A stretch of 64,000 nucleotides of DNA from Escherichia coli O157 typing phage 13. Every line of letters starts with the position of its first letter. Within the stretch, counting starts at the first letter, position 1. Made by a program: the position numbers and the translations under genes. This document shows, in pieces, positions 1 through 9,512 of the stretch. The stretch lies in sequence record KP869111, one strand, 5' to 3'. Under the pieces are notes generated by a model, which was given only the letters and a program-made list of their open reading frames with translations, searched no databases and was not told the origin of the DNA.

Positions 1-179
1 AGGGTAATTGTACCGTTGCATTTACGTCCGATCATTCTGTCAAGTTCAGCTTTAGCTACGGCTAAAGACGGGTTCTTTGTTACTAAATGGCCTATGCCAA
101 TCGTCCAAAAGCCTTCAGTGTCTTTGTATAAAGTCAGTCTAAGACCTTCGTCATTACGAAGCATTTCAAATATATTCAT
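1..179 (-). CDS. e: lysozyme (endolysin) e, N-terminal 59 codons; 3' end beyond window
   Basis: Minus-strand ATG at 179 after GGGAGG SD; translation [32 protein letters not shown]... matches T4 lysozyme N-terminus from memory; not in ORF track because it runs off the edge. Confidence 0.85.
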   Translation of the reverse strand, partial: MNIFEMLRNDEGLRLTLYKDTEGFWTIGIGHLVTKNPSLAVAKAELDRMIGRKCNGTIT

Positions 180-182
180 AAT

Positions 183-204
183 ACCTCCCACGTTTATAGG
201 AGGT
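183..204 (-). promoter_or_regulatory. stem-loop sequestering the SD of gene e (ACCUCC-loop-GGAGGU); loop contains TATAAAC late-promoter-like element
   Basis: Inverted repeat acctcc/ggaggt directly upstream of e ATG; matches the known T4 lysozyme translational control hairpin. Confidence 0.6.
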
Positions 205-213
205 ATTTATTAC

Positions 214-669
214 TTATAGGATGGTAGTGAGCACCTTATATAATGATTTACCCATTACATATTCCCATTGAGAAGGTTTAATTAAAGCGAATGCATCAAA
301 TTCAGGAATCTGTCGTCCGTCTGGGAATGTATGATAGGAATTACAAACACTGTTTCTGAATTGCTCGTGCTCTACAGGGATGGTATATAGGAACAGATGA
401 ATATTCTTATTGTCTGAGTAATGATGTTCACCTAGGTCTTTCAGGAAGGCAGGGTCATATTGTGTAAACCCAGTTTCTTCTTCGCATTCACGAATAGCGG
501 CTTCAATAGGAGATTCGCCAGGTTCGACACGGCCTTTAGGAATATCCCACCGATGAGTTAATGCACCTTTAGGACGAGAACCAGTTACACGCCCCATGAA
601 TAACTCTTTATCTTCGGTAAGGAAAATAATACCGGCTGATAGCTCTTTCACTTTATTTTTCTTACTCAT
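214..669 (-). CDS. nudE: Nudix hydrolase NudE (e.1)
   Basis: 151 aa; Nudix box GRVEPGESPIEAAIRECEEETG; position next to e as in T4. Confidence 0.9.
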   Translation of the reverse strand: MSKKNKVKELSAGIIFLTEDKELFMGRVTGSRPKGALTHRWDIPKGRVEPGESPIEAAIRECEEETGFTQYDPAFLKDLGEHHYSDNKNIHLFLYTIPVEHEQFRNSVCNSYHTFPDGRQIPEFDAFALIKPSQWEYVMGKSLYKVLTTIL

Positions 670-973
670 CANNNNNNNNNNNNNNNNNNNNNNNNNNNNN
701 NNNNNNNNNNNNNNNNNNNNNNNNNNNNNNNNNNNNNNNNNNNNNNNNTCGGTCCCATGATTTGGCCATTAATTCGGACATAAATTCTTCAATGCGCGTT
801 TCTTTAGATGGACTTTCACTATTAGAGACCGCAAGTTTGTAATCTGCAATAGGACAGAACATATCAAGGTCCGTATTAAGGTCGTCTTTGATTTTTTCTT
901 CTGACACATCTTTATCGTATGTGTACAGATAACTATCACATGATTCTGATTTAATGTAAATTGCTATACTCAT
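662..973 (-). CDS. hypothetical protein, interrupted by N-run; start moved to ATG at 973 (ATGA overlap with upstream stop)
   Basis: Track ORF 662..988; C-terminal part is masked so true end is uncertain. Confidence 0.35.
   Translation of the reverse strand: MSIAIYIKSESCDSYLYTYDKDVSEEKIKDDLNTDLDMFCPIADYKLAVSNSESPSKETRIEEFMSELMAKSWDRXXXXXXXXXXXXXXXXXXXXXXXXXXDE
672..748. other. run of N (masked/undetermined bases)
   Basis: 77 N; flanking ORF stays in frame across it. Confidence 0.95.
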
Positions 974-1461
974 CTCAAATTCCTGCATTCGGTAATAAAA
1001 CGTTCAACTTCATTATTCTTGGCCTTTATCTTGTCTTTATGTTCTTGTAAACTACTTTTAATAAGATTAATAATGATGGCGGCGGTACCGCCGCCAATGA
1101 TGCCACCAACAACACTTATGATACTAGATGCTAATAAGATAGCAATAATATCAACAAAACTGAAAGAACTCACCTTAGTACTAAAAAACCATACCGACGG
1201 TGCAAATATAATCCATCCTGTTATCCATTGGCACTTATTGAAAAACTTTTCAAGATCAGCTTGAGTTGTTCGTATTACTTCATCGATAGGTTGATATCCA
1301 TTAATGTATCTGTTCACAATAATACCTGCTGGCTGGTCGATTTTAAATTCTTGGCAAATACGTTTCACTAAGTAGGATGGACATCCTGTCCAATCTACTG
1401 AATAGTATGAAATACCTTCATTGCCATCGTCTATATTAGACCAATATGTTTTGTTAATCAT
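970..1461 (-). CDS. hypothetical protein with C-terminal hydrophobic (TM-like) segment
   Basis: 163-aa ORF; segment IIAILLASSIISVVGGIIGGGTAAIIINLI; in e.x-like early region. Confidence 0.6.
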   Translation of the reverse strand: MINKTYWSNIDDGNEGISYYSVDWTGCPSYLVKRICQEFKIDQPAGIIVNRYINGYQPIDEVIRTTQADLEKFFNKCQWITGWIIFAPSVWFFSTKVSSFSFVDIIAILLASSIISVVGGIIGGGTAAIIINLIKSSLQEHKDKIKAKNNEVERFITECRNLR

Positions 1462-2147
1462 TACCAGCCTTCCATAGGGAATTCCAGATAAACTTGGGTA
1501 TTGACACGAATTTCATTGGTAATCTTTTTAACTCGGTCTGTATTACGAGATACACGTCCGAACCAACGCCATCCATTACTAATTGCACGAGAACCAGTGT
1601 GCCATGTTTGCCAATCAAACTGAAGAAGAGTACGATCTGGAGCTTCCCATTTCTCTAGTTCGCCTTTTTCGATTTTTTCGAGGACTTCTTTGTGCCACTG
1701 GCGATAGATAAGTTCGCCATCAGGAATCTGACTGAACTCTGCAGTTCCTGTTGCAAAATGAGTAGGACACACATCAGCGTTAACAAGACCAAGAATATGT
1801 TCAGACAAATAGCGAGGATTGTCATAGTCAGGTTGTCCTGCAGTAATAAAATGTTGACCAACCGGAATATCCGGGCGTGGTACGTCATCATGGTGATAAC
1901 CAGGAATAGCAGGATACCAACCAGGCATCAGCATATGGACTCGTGAATCAAATACTACATCCGAGTCTTTCCAATCGTCAGGGAGATTTTGGATAAAGCT
2001 ACGAGTAATTGGACCGCCGTTATCAAAAGCAAAATTCAAATCGCAATTAAAGAACATAGGCTCGTTTTTAATCTGGTCATTTTTAATCGCATGAGCAAAA
2101 CCACCTACTGCACGAGCTTGACTATTAAACACTTTAGAACTATTCAT
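1461..2147 (-). CDS. hypothetical protein (228 aa)
   Basis: Long ORF, stop/start overlap with neighbours; no domain I can name with confidence. Confidence 0.6.
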   Translation of the reverse strand: MNSSKVFNSQARAVGGFAHAIKNDQIKNEPMFFNCDLNFAFDNGGPITRSFIQNLPDDWKDSDVVFDSRVHMLMPGWYPAIPGYHHDDVPRPDIPVGQHFITAGQPDYDNPRYLSEHILGLVNADVCPTHFATGTAEFSQIPDGELIYRQWHKEVLEKIEKGELEKWEAPDRTLLQFDWQTWHTGSRAISNGWRWFGRVSRNTDRVKKITNEIRVNTQVYLEFPMEGW

Positions 2148-2148
2148 A

Positions 2149-2454
2149 TTATTTTCCTCGACATTCTTTAATGAAATTTTCTAGATTGGTAGATTCAATA
2201 GCTTTTTTACGAGCTTCTGCGTGTTCTTCTTCAGACAATTTACATTTATAATTGACCCAGACGTTATGGTCGAAACTAGTCGTGGCATATAATAACAATG
2301 CTCCAACGAATAGCAAAAACGGCGATAAGAATACAAAACCAGGAACACCATCCATACTGTAAGCCTTTTGTAATACTGCAACAGAAAGAGCTGCGTAAAA
2401 AAGTGATACAAATATTGTTAAAAGACCAATTCGGTTGGTTTCGCCTAATTTCAT
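2149..2454 (-). CDS. hypothetical small membrane protein (two hydrophobic segments)
   Basis: 101 aa; GAGGAG RBS; early promoter upstream. Confidence 0.6.
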   Translation of the reverse strand: MKLGETNRIGLLTIFVSLFYAALSVAVLQKAYSMDGVPGFVFLSPFLLFVGALLLYATTSFDHNVWVNYKCKLSEEEHAEARKKAIESTNLENFIKECRGK

Positions 2455-2482
2455 AATATTCTCCTCATGTTTTAATAGGACT

Positions 2483-2512
2483 ACTATAACATAGCCCTAT
2501 CAAGATGTAAAC
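2483..2512 (-). promoter_or_regulatory. T4-type early promoter (-35 GTTTAC, 18-nt spacer, -10 TATAGT)
   Basis: Minus-strand gtttac...tatagt then GAGGAG RBS and ATG at 2454. Confidence 0.55.
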
Positions 2513-2515
2513 TAC

Positions 2516-2803
2516 TTACAGAAGAGTTTTTGCAATAATTTTAAGCTGAGCTACAGAAATATGCTTAGCTTTAAACAGTGCGGTCTCTTCAGCCGGAGAG
2601 ATAACAATAGTAGCGCCATCTTTCTTAGCAGACCATCCATCCCCTAAGTAAACAGTACCTTTTACTTCTTCGCCGTCAACCAGACTAATCATTGGTTTAC
2701 CCTCACGTCCTTTATTTGCTTTAATAACTTCGGAAGTAAGGGTTGCTTCGGTCAGAGTAGAAACGTTAGCAACAGGTGATATAAATTCTTTATAGGTTTT
2801 CAT
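2516..2803 (-). CDS. ipI: internal protein (IPI-like) with N-terminal capsid targeting sequence
   Basis: 95 aa; N-terminus MKTYKEFI... and LTE cleavage-type motif typical of T4 internal proteins; located beside 57B as ipI in T4. Confidence 0.7.
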   Translation of the reverse strand: MKTYKEFISPVANVSTLTEATLTSEVIKANKGREGKPMISLVDGEEVKGTVYLGDGWSAKKDGATIVISPAEETALFKAKHISVAQLKIIAKTLL

Positions 2804-2837
2804 TTTATTTCCTTGAGGTTGTTTATTTGATAGGATG

Positions 2838-2867
2838 ATAGTATCACACCATCATACTTATGTAAAC
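2838..2867 (-). promoter_or_regulatory. T4-type early promoter (GTTTAC - 18 nt - TGTGATACTAT)
   Basis: Consensus-like -35/-10 with extended TG upstream of ipI-like gene. Confidence 0.6.
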
Positions 2868-2880
2868 TGTTTTGTGAAAA

Positions 2881-3566
<686 letters not shown>

Positions 3567-3570
3567 TTTA

Positions 3571-4305
3571 TTACCTTAAGATTGTTTCAATTTTAGAATA
3601 AAGCTCTTCTAAAGAGCCGTCGTTTGTAATAACTAAATCGCCTTCTTCAATAGGCAACCCAGCTTCTGTAATATGTTTATCAGTGGATTCCGTACCAGAG
3701 CGAACCACATGAATAACTGTAGCACCCATCGCTCTAGCGGTTTCCATTTCATGGACTTGGCGTGTATCGGTTACAACATAGTAATCGAAATCACTTCCAA
3801 TATAATCCATATAGTTTAATGCAAAAAGTTTAACCCAATACATACGGTCAAATAAATTAACGACAACATCCGTACCGAGGGCTTGCATAAGACGGCGGAT
3901 TGACCATGTGTCGTTGATATTATTTATAGCTTCACGCAGGGCTTCATACGGTTTAATATCTAGATATGAATACCCACCTTCTAAGGATGATAATACTTTA
4001 ACATTATTAATTGGTAAATATTGACTTTGTAAATAAATTAGCGCTTCTTCCAATAATTCAATAACATCCAACTTATTGAGATTTAATGGTGTTTCACGGT
4101 CATATCCGACACCTTCAAAGTATTCGTATTTCAACTCTGTGAATACATTAGGGTTTTCGGCATGTTTACGTCCCCAGGCTATTGCTAGAGCGTCTTTAAT
4201 CGGATATGCCAATTGGTATTTTACGGATTTAAAGTTTGAATTGATGTAATCAGCAGTGGTGTCTTTACCACTACGTTTGACGCCACTTAAAAAGATTAGC
4301 TCCAT
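3571..4305 (-). CDS. 1: gp1 deoxynucleoside monophosphate kinase
   Basis: 244 aa; P-loop GVKRSGKDT; T4 gene order. Confidence 0.9.
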   Translation of the reverse strand: MELIFLSGVKRSGKDTTADYINSNFKSVKYQLAYPIKDALAIAWGRKHAENPNVFTELKYEYFEGVGYDRETPLNLNKLDVIELLEEALIYLQSQYLPINNVKVLSSLEGGYSYLDIKPYEALREAINNINDTWSIRRLMQALGTDVVVNLFDRMYWVKLFALNYMDYIGSDFDYYVVTDTRQVHEMETARAMGATVIHVVRSGTESTDKHITEAGLPIEEGDLVITNDGSLEELYSKIETILR

Positions 4306-4332
4306 AGGTTTTCCTCATATAATTTATGAGTG

Positions 4333-4360
4333 ATTATAACATACGGAGCTAGAAGCGATT
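4333..4360 (-). promoter_or_regulatory. candidate middle (MotA-box) promoter for gene 1: TCGCTTCTA - 11/12 nt - TATAAT
   Basis: Minus-strand perfect TATAAT with imperfect MotA box about 12 nt upstream. Confidence 0.35.
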
Positions 4361-4943
4361 AACGCAAGGAAGGGTGTCTAGAAATGGATTTAGATTCGAC
4401 TGCTTGACGTGGTTGTTGAGATACAATGACTTCACCATCCTTTTCTATCGTCATATACGCATAGTGAATAGTTGCTACGCACGTAACGGCAGGGTCAGAA
4501 TCTTCAGTGTAACTAAATTCAATTTCGCTCAGATCGGAAATCCATGGTTTATAGAAATTTGCCGTCAAAACTACTTCTGTCTTATTGTTATTTAAAATGT
4601 GCAAAGTAACAAACTCAGGACCATCGGAGTGGGCAGTATTATGTCCGGTTATATAGTTATTAGTGCTGAGCATCCATTTATACATGTTCATCCAGGACGT
4701 CATGTCTTCATCAACTATAAATCGTACAATAAAAGGGTCGTATTCAAATGTGGTGCCTGCACGCATTGCACGTCCTAACCCCATTGTGCCTGTCACAGTT
4801 TCAACAACAGGAATTCTCACACCTGGCAACGGTGCCGTTTGAGCATTGAGCACAAAACCCGAAGTTCGTGTACTATCTGGGATATCCACAACAAAGTTTG
4901 TTATATTTGTTTGGTTAAAAATCTGTCTCGTTGGACGAGTCAT
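4359..4943 (-). CDS. 3: gp3 tail completion / sheath stabilizer
   Basis: Track ORF starts at GTG 4949; ATG at 4943 has GAGGTG SD; synteny between 1 and 2. Confidence 0.8.
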   Translation of the reverse strand: MTRPTRQIFNQTNITNFVVDIPDSTRTSGFVLNAQTAPLPGVRIPVVETVTGTMGLGRAMRAGTTFEYDPFIVRFIVDEDMTSWMNMYKWMLSTNNYITGHNTAHSDGPEFVTLHILNNNKTEVVLTANFYKPWISDLSEIEFSYTEDSDPAVTCVATIHYAYMTIEKDGEVIVSQQPRQAVESKSISRHPSLR

Positions 4944-5045
4944 AAGCACCTCAAAAACGCTTTAATAAAAATGCAGTATAATGGTTTTAGGTCTCTTCCA
5001 TTAATCTGGTTCAACAGAATATCAGAAGAACGGAAGAGAATAGAA

Positions 5046-5867
5046 TTAAGATTTCCAAACAGTATTCGCAGAGAAACGTTTTCCTTTTGACATAAATTGC
5101 TGAGTAGGTAACATGATTATGTTAGCCCAGTCTTTAGGAGCTATTTCTGTTATTGTTCCTCTAATGTGGCCTGGCAGGTATGCTTTAATCATTTTGTCCG
5201 CACCTTGAAATCCTTTCACCTTGCTCCAGTCTATCTTCAACTTTGTGTTATTAGTAATAGTAGTTGTGCTAGCATATTGCTTCAGCAATTCTTCAAGAAA
5301 CTGTTGTCGTGCTTTAGGTGGGATATAGTGCAAGTTTAACCCATACATCAAATTATGTTTACCTAATCCTAAATAAATAATCAAAGGATATCTGTCCCAA
5401 TACGGCAGAGTATCTTTATGTTTAGCATCATACACGTAAGTATAAATTTTGCCTGGCGTAGGCTTGACTACTTTATGACCTTTTACACTTTTCTTAATTG
5501 TTTCAACAAACCACTTAGATGATTTGTTGTTTACTGCTGCGCCTTCATTTCTAATCTTTTCTCGTATTGAACTGCGAAACGAGTTTATCATCAGAAGTTG
5601 ACGTTCTTGCTTATTGAGTTTATTTTTAGGTTTAGATTCAAGCGTTTCAATTTTCTGTGCAGTCTTAATAGATGATGCATATCTAGACATTGCAGATGTA
5701 AACGACGAGTATTTTATTCCTTTTGATTCTGCAAATGCTTTTGCAGTGATTCCTTTCTCTTTAGCTTTCTTGTATTCTAATCCTATCTCAATCCATTTTC
5801 TTTCATTCATAGACTGAGCAATCTTAGGGGCTTGTACGCCTTCAGATATAATTTGGAATATGCTCAT
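5046..5867 (-). CDS. 2: gp2 DNA end protector protein
   Basis: 273 aa; T4 gene order 3-2-4. Confidence 0.85.
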   Translation of the reverse strand: MSIFQIISEGVQAPKIAQSMNERKWIEIGLEYKKAKEKGITAKAFAESKGIKYSSFTSAMSRYASSIKTAQKIETLESKPKNKLNKQERQLLMINSFRSSIREKIRNEGAAVNNKSSKWFVETIKKSVKGHKVVKPTPGKIYTYVYDAKHKDTLPYWDRYPLIIYLGLGKHNLMYGLNLHYIPPKARQQFLEELLKQYASTTTITNNTKLKIDWSKVKGFQGADKMIKAYLPGHIRGTITEIAPKDWANIIMLPTQQFMSKGKRFSANTVWKS

Positions 5868-5869
5868 AA

Positions 5870-6319
5870 TTACCCCTTGTATCCGAGTTTTCTAAGACCA
5901 TCTTCGGTTAGAACTCGAAATTTTATATTTCTCTTTTCAGCAACAGCTGAGGCAGCTTTCCATTTGTCACAGTTCACAGACCAGGTATATATTTCATTCA
6001 TATAACGTTTCTTTGCTGCGGTAGTAAGATTTGCGGGCTTAATAGGTGGTTGAGTTTCTTTCTTTGGTTTTATTTCTACAAAGAACTCTTGACCTGATGC
6101 ATCTTTCATCCATATGTCCATATAGTATCGACGTTTCTTACCTTCAGCATTACAAAAATATGGAATTACTGCTGTTTCACTACCCCATGCAATAATTTCT
6201 GGATTTTTATCCAACCATTCGAAAAAGAATTTTTCCCAGTTTGAACGATACGTTATTTTGGTATGGTCTCCACGGTATTTTTTTAAATTTTTTGGGACCC
6301 ATTTACCAGAGTAGGCCAT
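5870..6319 (-). CDS. 4: gp4 head completion protein
   Basis: Start moved to ATG at 6319 (MAYSGKW...); track ORF extends upstream in frame. Confidence 0.8.
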   Translation of the reverse strand: MAYSGKWVPKNLKKYRGDHTKITYRSNWEKFFFEWLDKNPEIIAWGSETAVIPYFCNAEGKKRRYYMDIWMKDASGQEFFVEIKPKKETQPPIKPANLTTAAKKRYMNEIYTWSVNCDKWKAASAVAEKRNIKFRVLTEDGLRKLGYKG

Positions 6320-6330
6320 GTTGTCCTCCT

Positions 6331-6338
6331 TATAAATA
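6331..6338 (+). promoter_or_regulatory. late promoter TATAAATA upstream of gene 53
   Basis: Exact TATAAATA about 40 nt upstream of gp53 start. Confidence 0.6.
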
Positions 6339-6345
6339 GTATTAT

Positions 6346-6353
6346 TATTTATA
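6346..6353 (-). promoter_or_regulatory. late promoter TATAAATA (minus strand) upstream of gene 4
   Basis: Exact TATAAATA in the divergent 4/53 intergenic region. Confidence 0.55.
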
Positions 6354-6380
6354 CCAATTTCATATTGGAAGGAGACTATC

Positions 6381-6956
6381 TTGTTATTTACATTCTTCGA
6401 CCCAATAGGATATAGTGCTAAAACAGTTGATAAGAATGCACCTACTATTCCTATGACAGACATATTTCGTAACTATAAAGAGTACTTTAAGCGTGTGGCT
6501 GCCAATTATAGATTACGTTCTTATTATATTAAAGGCTCTCCGCGTCCTGAAGAACTAGCGAATATCATTTATGGCAACCCTCAATTATACTGGGTCCTTT
6601 TGATGTGCAACGATAACTACGACCCGTATTATGGTTGGATTACATCTCAGGAAGCAGCGTATCAAGCTTCTATTCAGAAATATGCTAATGCTGGCGGCGA
6701 CCAAGTTCTTTATCATATTAATGAAAATCGTGAGAAATTTTACAATTTGGTTTCATATCCGGACGAGCCTTTAGTGTGGTATGATAAAGGTGATGAAGCT
6801 CGTAAGTATCCGCAATATAAAGGACCTTTAGCTGCAGTAGATACTTATGAAGCTGCAGTATTAGATAATGAAAAACTTCGTAAAATAAAAATTGTTGCAA
6901 AAGAAGATATAAACTCGTTTATCACAGATTTGATTCGTGAGATGGAGATTGCATAA
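6381..6956 (+). CDS. 53: gp53 baseplate wedge protein
   Basis: 191 aa, TTG start after GGAGA; matches T4 gp53 from memory. Confidence 0.9.
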   Translation: MLFTFFDPIGYSAKTVDKNAPTIPMTDIFRNYKEYFKRVAANYRLRSYYIKGSPRPEELANIIYGNPQLYWVLLMCNDNYDPYYGWITSQEAAYQASIQKYANAGGDQVLYHINENREKFYNLVSYPDEPLVWYDKGDEARKYPQYKGPLAAVDTYEAAVLDNEKLRKIKIVAKEDINSFITDLIREMEIA

Positions 6957-8689
6957 TGGAAATGATTAGCAGTAGCCTTAATTGGTTCGTGGGTGTTGTC
7001 GAGGACAGAATGGACCCATTAAAACAAGGGCGAGTTCGAGTTCGAGTCGTTGGTCTTCATCCAGCACAGAGAGCACAAGGTGATGTACAAGGTATTCCTA
7101 CAGAAAAACTTCCATGGATGACTGTTATTCAACCTATTACGTCTGCATCAATGTCAGGTATTGGTGGTTCTGTTACAGGTCCTGTTGAAGGAACTCGAGT
7201 ATATGGTCATTTCTTAGACAAATGGAAAACAAACGGGATTGTACTTGGTACATACGGCGGAATCGTACGTGAAAAGCCTAATAGACTTGAAGGTTTTTCA
7301 GACCCGACAGGCCAGTATCCGCGACGTTTAGGTAATGATACGAACGTATTAAACCAAGGTGGTGAAGCTGGTTATTATTCAAACTCTAACGTAATTCAAG
7401 ATAACAACTTGGATTATGGTATAAACCCGGATGATACAGATTTAGCAAATATTCCGGAAGATGATGACCCTAATTTTACAATAACAGAAATGTTACGTCG
7501 TGACGAAGGTCTTCGTGATAAAGTGTATTGGGACCATCTCGGATATCCTACCGTAGGTATTGGACACCTTATAGTAATGGAAAAAACCCGAGATATGTCT
7601 AGAATTAATAAATTGTTATCCGATCAAGTAGGGCGTGAAGTAACAGGAAATCCTGGGACTATTACATTAGAAGAAGCAACAGCGTTATTTGAGAAAGACC
7701 TTGCTAAGATGCAGAAAGACATTCGTTCTAATTCTAAAGTAGGTCCTGTTTATGCTAAAATGAACAGATCTCGCCAAATGGCATTAGAAAACATGTGCTT
7801 CCAAATGGGCGTTGGTGGTGTAGCAAAATTCAATACTATGCTTAAAGCAATGGCCGAAGGCGATTGGAAAACTGCATACAAATCTGGACGCGATTCATTA
7901 TGGTTCCAACAGACTAAAGGGCGTGCTTCACGTGTAACAACAATTATTTTAACCGGTAACATGGAATCATACGGTGTTCCTGTTAAAACACCGCCTTCAC
8001 CAGGAGTTGGTGCTGATTTAGTTACTAGAAATACCGATCCGGAAGACCCTGCTGGTCCTCCTGTTCCATTAGATTCACGTATCCTTTTTAAAGAACCTGA
8101 ATCAAGTTATCGTGGTGAGTATCCATACGTTCATGCTATGGAAACAGAAAGTGGTCATATCCAAGAGTTTGACGATACTCCAGGTAATGAACGTTATCGC
8201 TTAGTTCATCCAACAGGGTCATATGAGGAAGTTTCTCCGTCTGGGCGTCGTACTCGTAAAACTGTAGAAGACCTTTTTGACATCACTAATGGTGATGGGA
8301 ACTTCTTGATTTCTGGCGATAAGCTTGTTAACGTTGGTGCTAATGAAATATATTATAACATGGCAGACCGCCTCCATCAAATAGACGGCAATGACACAAT
8401 CTTTATTCGTGGTAACCAATCTAAAACTGTTGAAGGCGATGGAACTCTTTACGTTAAGGGTAATATCAAAATAGTTGTTGACGGAAATGCAGATATTCTT
8501 GTTAAAGGTGATGCTAAAACTCAGGTCGAAGGGAATCATGATTACACCGTCAACGGAAACGTTAAATGGACTGTTAATGGTAATGTTGATATGACTGTTG
8601 CCGGTGATTGGGCAGAAAGAATGTCTACAATGAGCTCAGTAGCTTCAGGACAATACACTGTTGACGGATCTCGTATTGATATTGGGTAA
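6956..8689 (+). CDS. 5: gp5 baseplate hub / cell-puncturing protein with lysozyme domain
   Basis: 577 aa; T4-lysozyme-like segment DEGLRDKVYWDHLGYPTVGIGHL; C-terminal beta-helix repeats (VxGxxxxxV). Confidence 0.95.
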   Translation: MEMISSSLNWFVGVVEDRMDPLKQGRVRVRVVGLHPAQRAQGDVQGIPTEKLPWMTVIQPITSASMSGIGGSVTGPVEGTRVYGHFLDKWKTNGIVLGTYGGIVREKPNRLEGFSDPTGQYPRRLGNDTNVLNQGGEAGYYSNSNVIQDNNLDYGINPDDTDLANIPEDDDPNFTITEMLRRDEGLRDKVYWDHLGYPTVGIGHLIVMEKTRDMSRINKLLSDQVGREVTGNPGTITLEEATALFEKDLAKMQKDIRSNSKVGPVYAKMNRSRQMALENMCFQMGVGGVAKFNTMLKAMAEGDWKTAYKSGRDSLWFQQTKGRASRVTTIILTGNMESYGVPVKTPPSPGVGADLVTRNTDPEDPAGPPVPLDSRILFKEPESSYRGEYPYVHAMETESGHIQEFDDTPGNERYRLVHPTGSYEEVSPSGRRTRKTVEDLFDITNGDGNFLISGDKLVNVGANEIYYNMADRLHQIDGNDTIFIRGNQSKTVEGDGTLYVKGNIKIVVDGNADILVKGDAKTQVEGNHDYTVNGNVKWTVNGNVDMTVAGDWAERMSTMSSVASGQYTVDGSRIDIG

Positions 8690-8692
8690 TAT

Positions 8693-9208
8693 ATGGCACA
8701 AATACTTCCTTTAAATACCGACTTAGGAGAAGACATGGAAGGGGCGTCTATTGACGTCCTTTTTACTCCACAGTTAGAAACAACCGAAACTTTAGTGTCA
8801 ATAAATATAACAGATTATGAACCGACACAAGGCATTACGGTAGACGGCAATCGTTTATATGGAACATATGAAAGTGTGTTTAGCTTTTCTTCGGATGCAT
8901 TGAAATACCGATTAAATGATGATTTTGAAACAGCATCTTCATGGGATGATTTACCAAAAGATGAATCCACACAGTTATATTTGTGGAGAGCTCCTCAGAA
9001 TCTTCGTAAAGTGTTTAGTTATACGGTTGAAATGATTTATAACTACCAAGAAGAAAGTTCATCAGGCGGTTCTAGAAGTGACTCTGGTACAGAACCTCCA
9101 CCGGCTCCAGTACAAAAAACTCTTACTAAGGTTTATACAAAAACTATAGTAGGAAATTGGAGCAAATGGGCTCATCAATTACGAAACTATGTTTATGTGA
9201 GGCCGTGA
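8693..9208 (+). CDS. 5.1: gp5.1-like hypothetical protein
   Basis: 171 aa ORF between gene 5 and 5.4. Confidence 0.7.
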   Translation: MAQILPLNTDLGEDMEGASIDVLFTPQLETTETLVSINITDYEPTQGITVDGNRLYGTYESVFSFSSDALKYRLNDDFETASSWDDLPKDESTQLYLWRAPQNLRKVFSYTVEMIYNYQEESSSGGSRSDSGTEPPPAPVQKTLTKVYTKTIVGNWSKWAHQLRNYVYVRP

Positions 9209-9210
9209 AA

Positions 9211-9504
9211 ATGTCTGGCTTAAGTTACGACAAGTGCGTTACAACAGGTCATGAAGCATGGCCTCCTACTGTAATAAATGCTTCCCAATCTAAAGTATTC
9301 ACCGGCGGTATTCCTGTTCTTGTAGCAGGAGACCAAATAACACCTCATACAGAAATTAAAAAACCATACGAGACTCATGGAGGTGTTACTGAACCTCGTA
9401 CATCTAAAGTATACGTCACCGGTAAAAAGGCCGTTCAAATGGCTGACCCAATTTCATGCGGGGATACTGTTTCTCAGGCCTCGTCAAAAGTCTTTATAAA
9501 ATAG
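9211..9504 (+). CDS. 5.4: gp5.4 PAAR-repeat spike tip protein
   Basis: ATG at 9211 gives 97 aa [19 protein letters not shown]...; track ORF 9157 is an upstream extension. Confidence 0.8.
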   Translation: MSGLSYDKCVTTGHEAWPPTVINASQSKVFTGGIPVLVAGDQITPHTEIKKPYETHGGVTEPRTSKVYVTGKKAVQMADPISCGDTVSQASSKVFIK

Positions 9505-9512
9505 GAATTAAA

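Noticed and set aside
16-219. Plus-strand ORF (67 aa) at the window start
   Set aside because: Antisense to the lysozyme e start and its RBS hairpin; the minus-strand reading gives the conserved lysozyme N-terminus.
672-748. N-runs (also 19741..19814 and 56751..56868) as possible insertion or mobile-element boundaries
   Set aside because: Flanking ORFs stay in frame across them, with no repeats or integrase nearby; they look like masked or undetermined bases.
9456-9512. Upstream extension of gp6 in the ORF track
   Set aside because: Overlaps the gp5.4 PAAR gene; ATG at 9513 directly follows the 5.4 stop.
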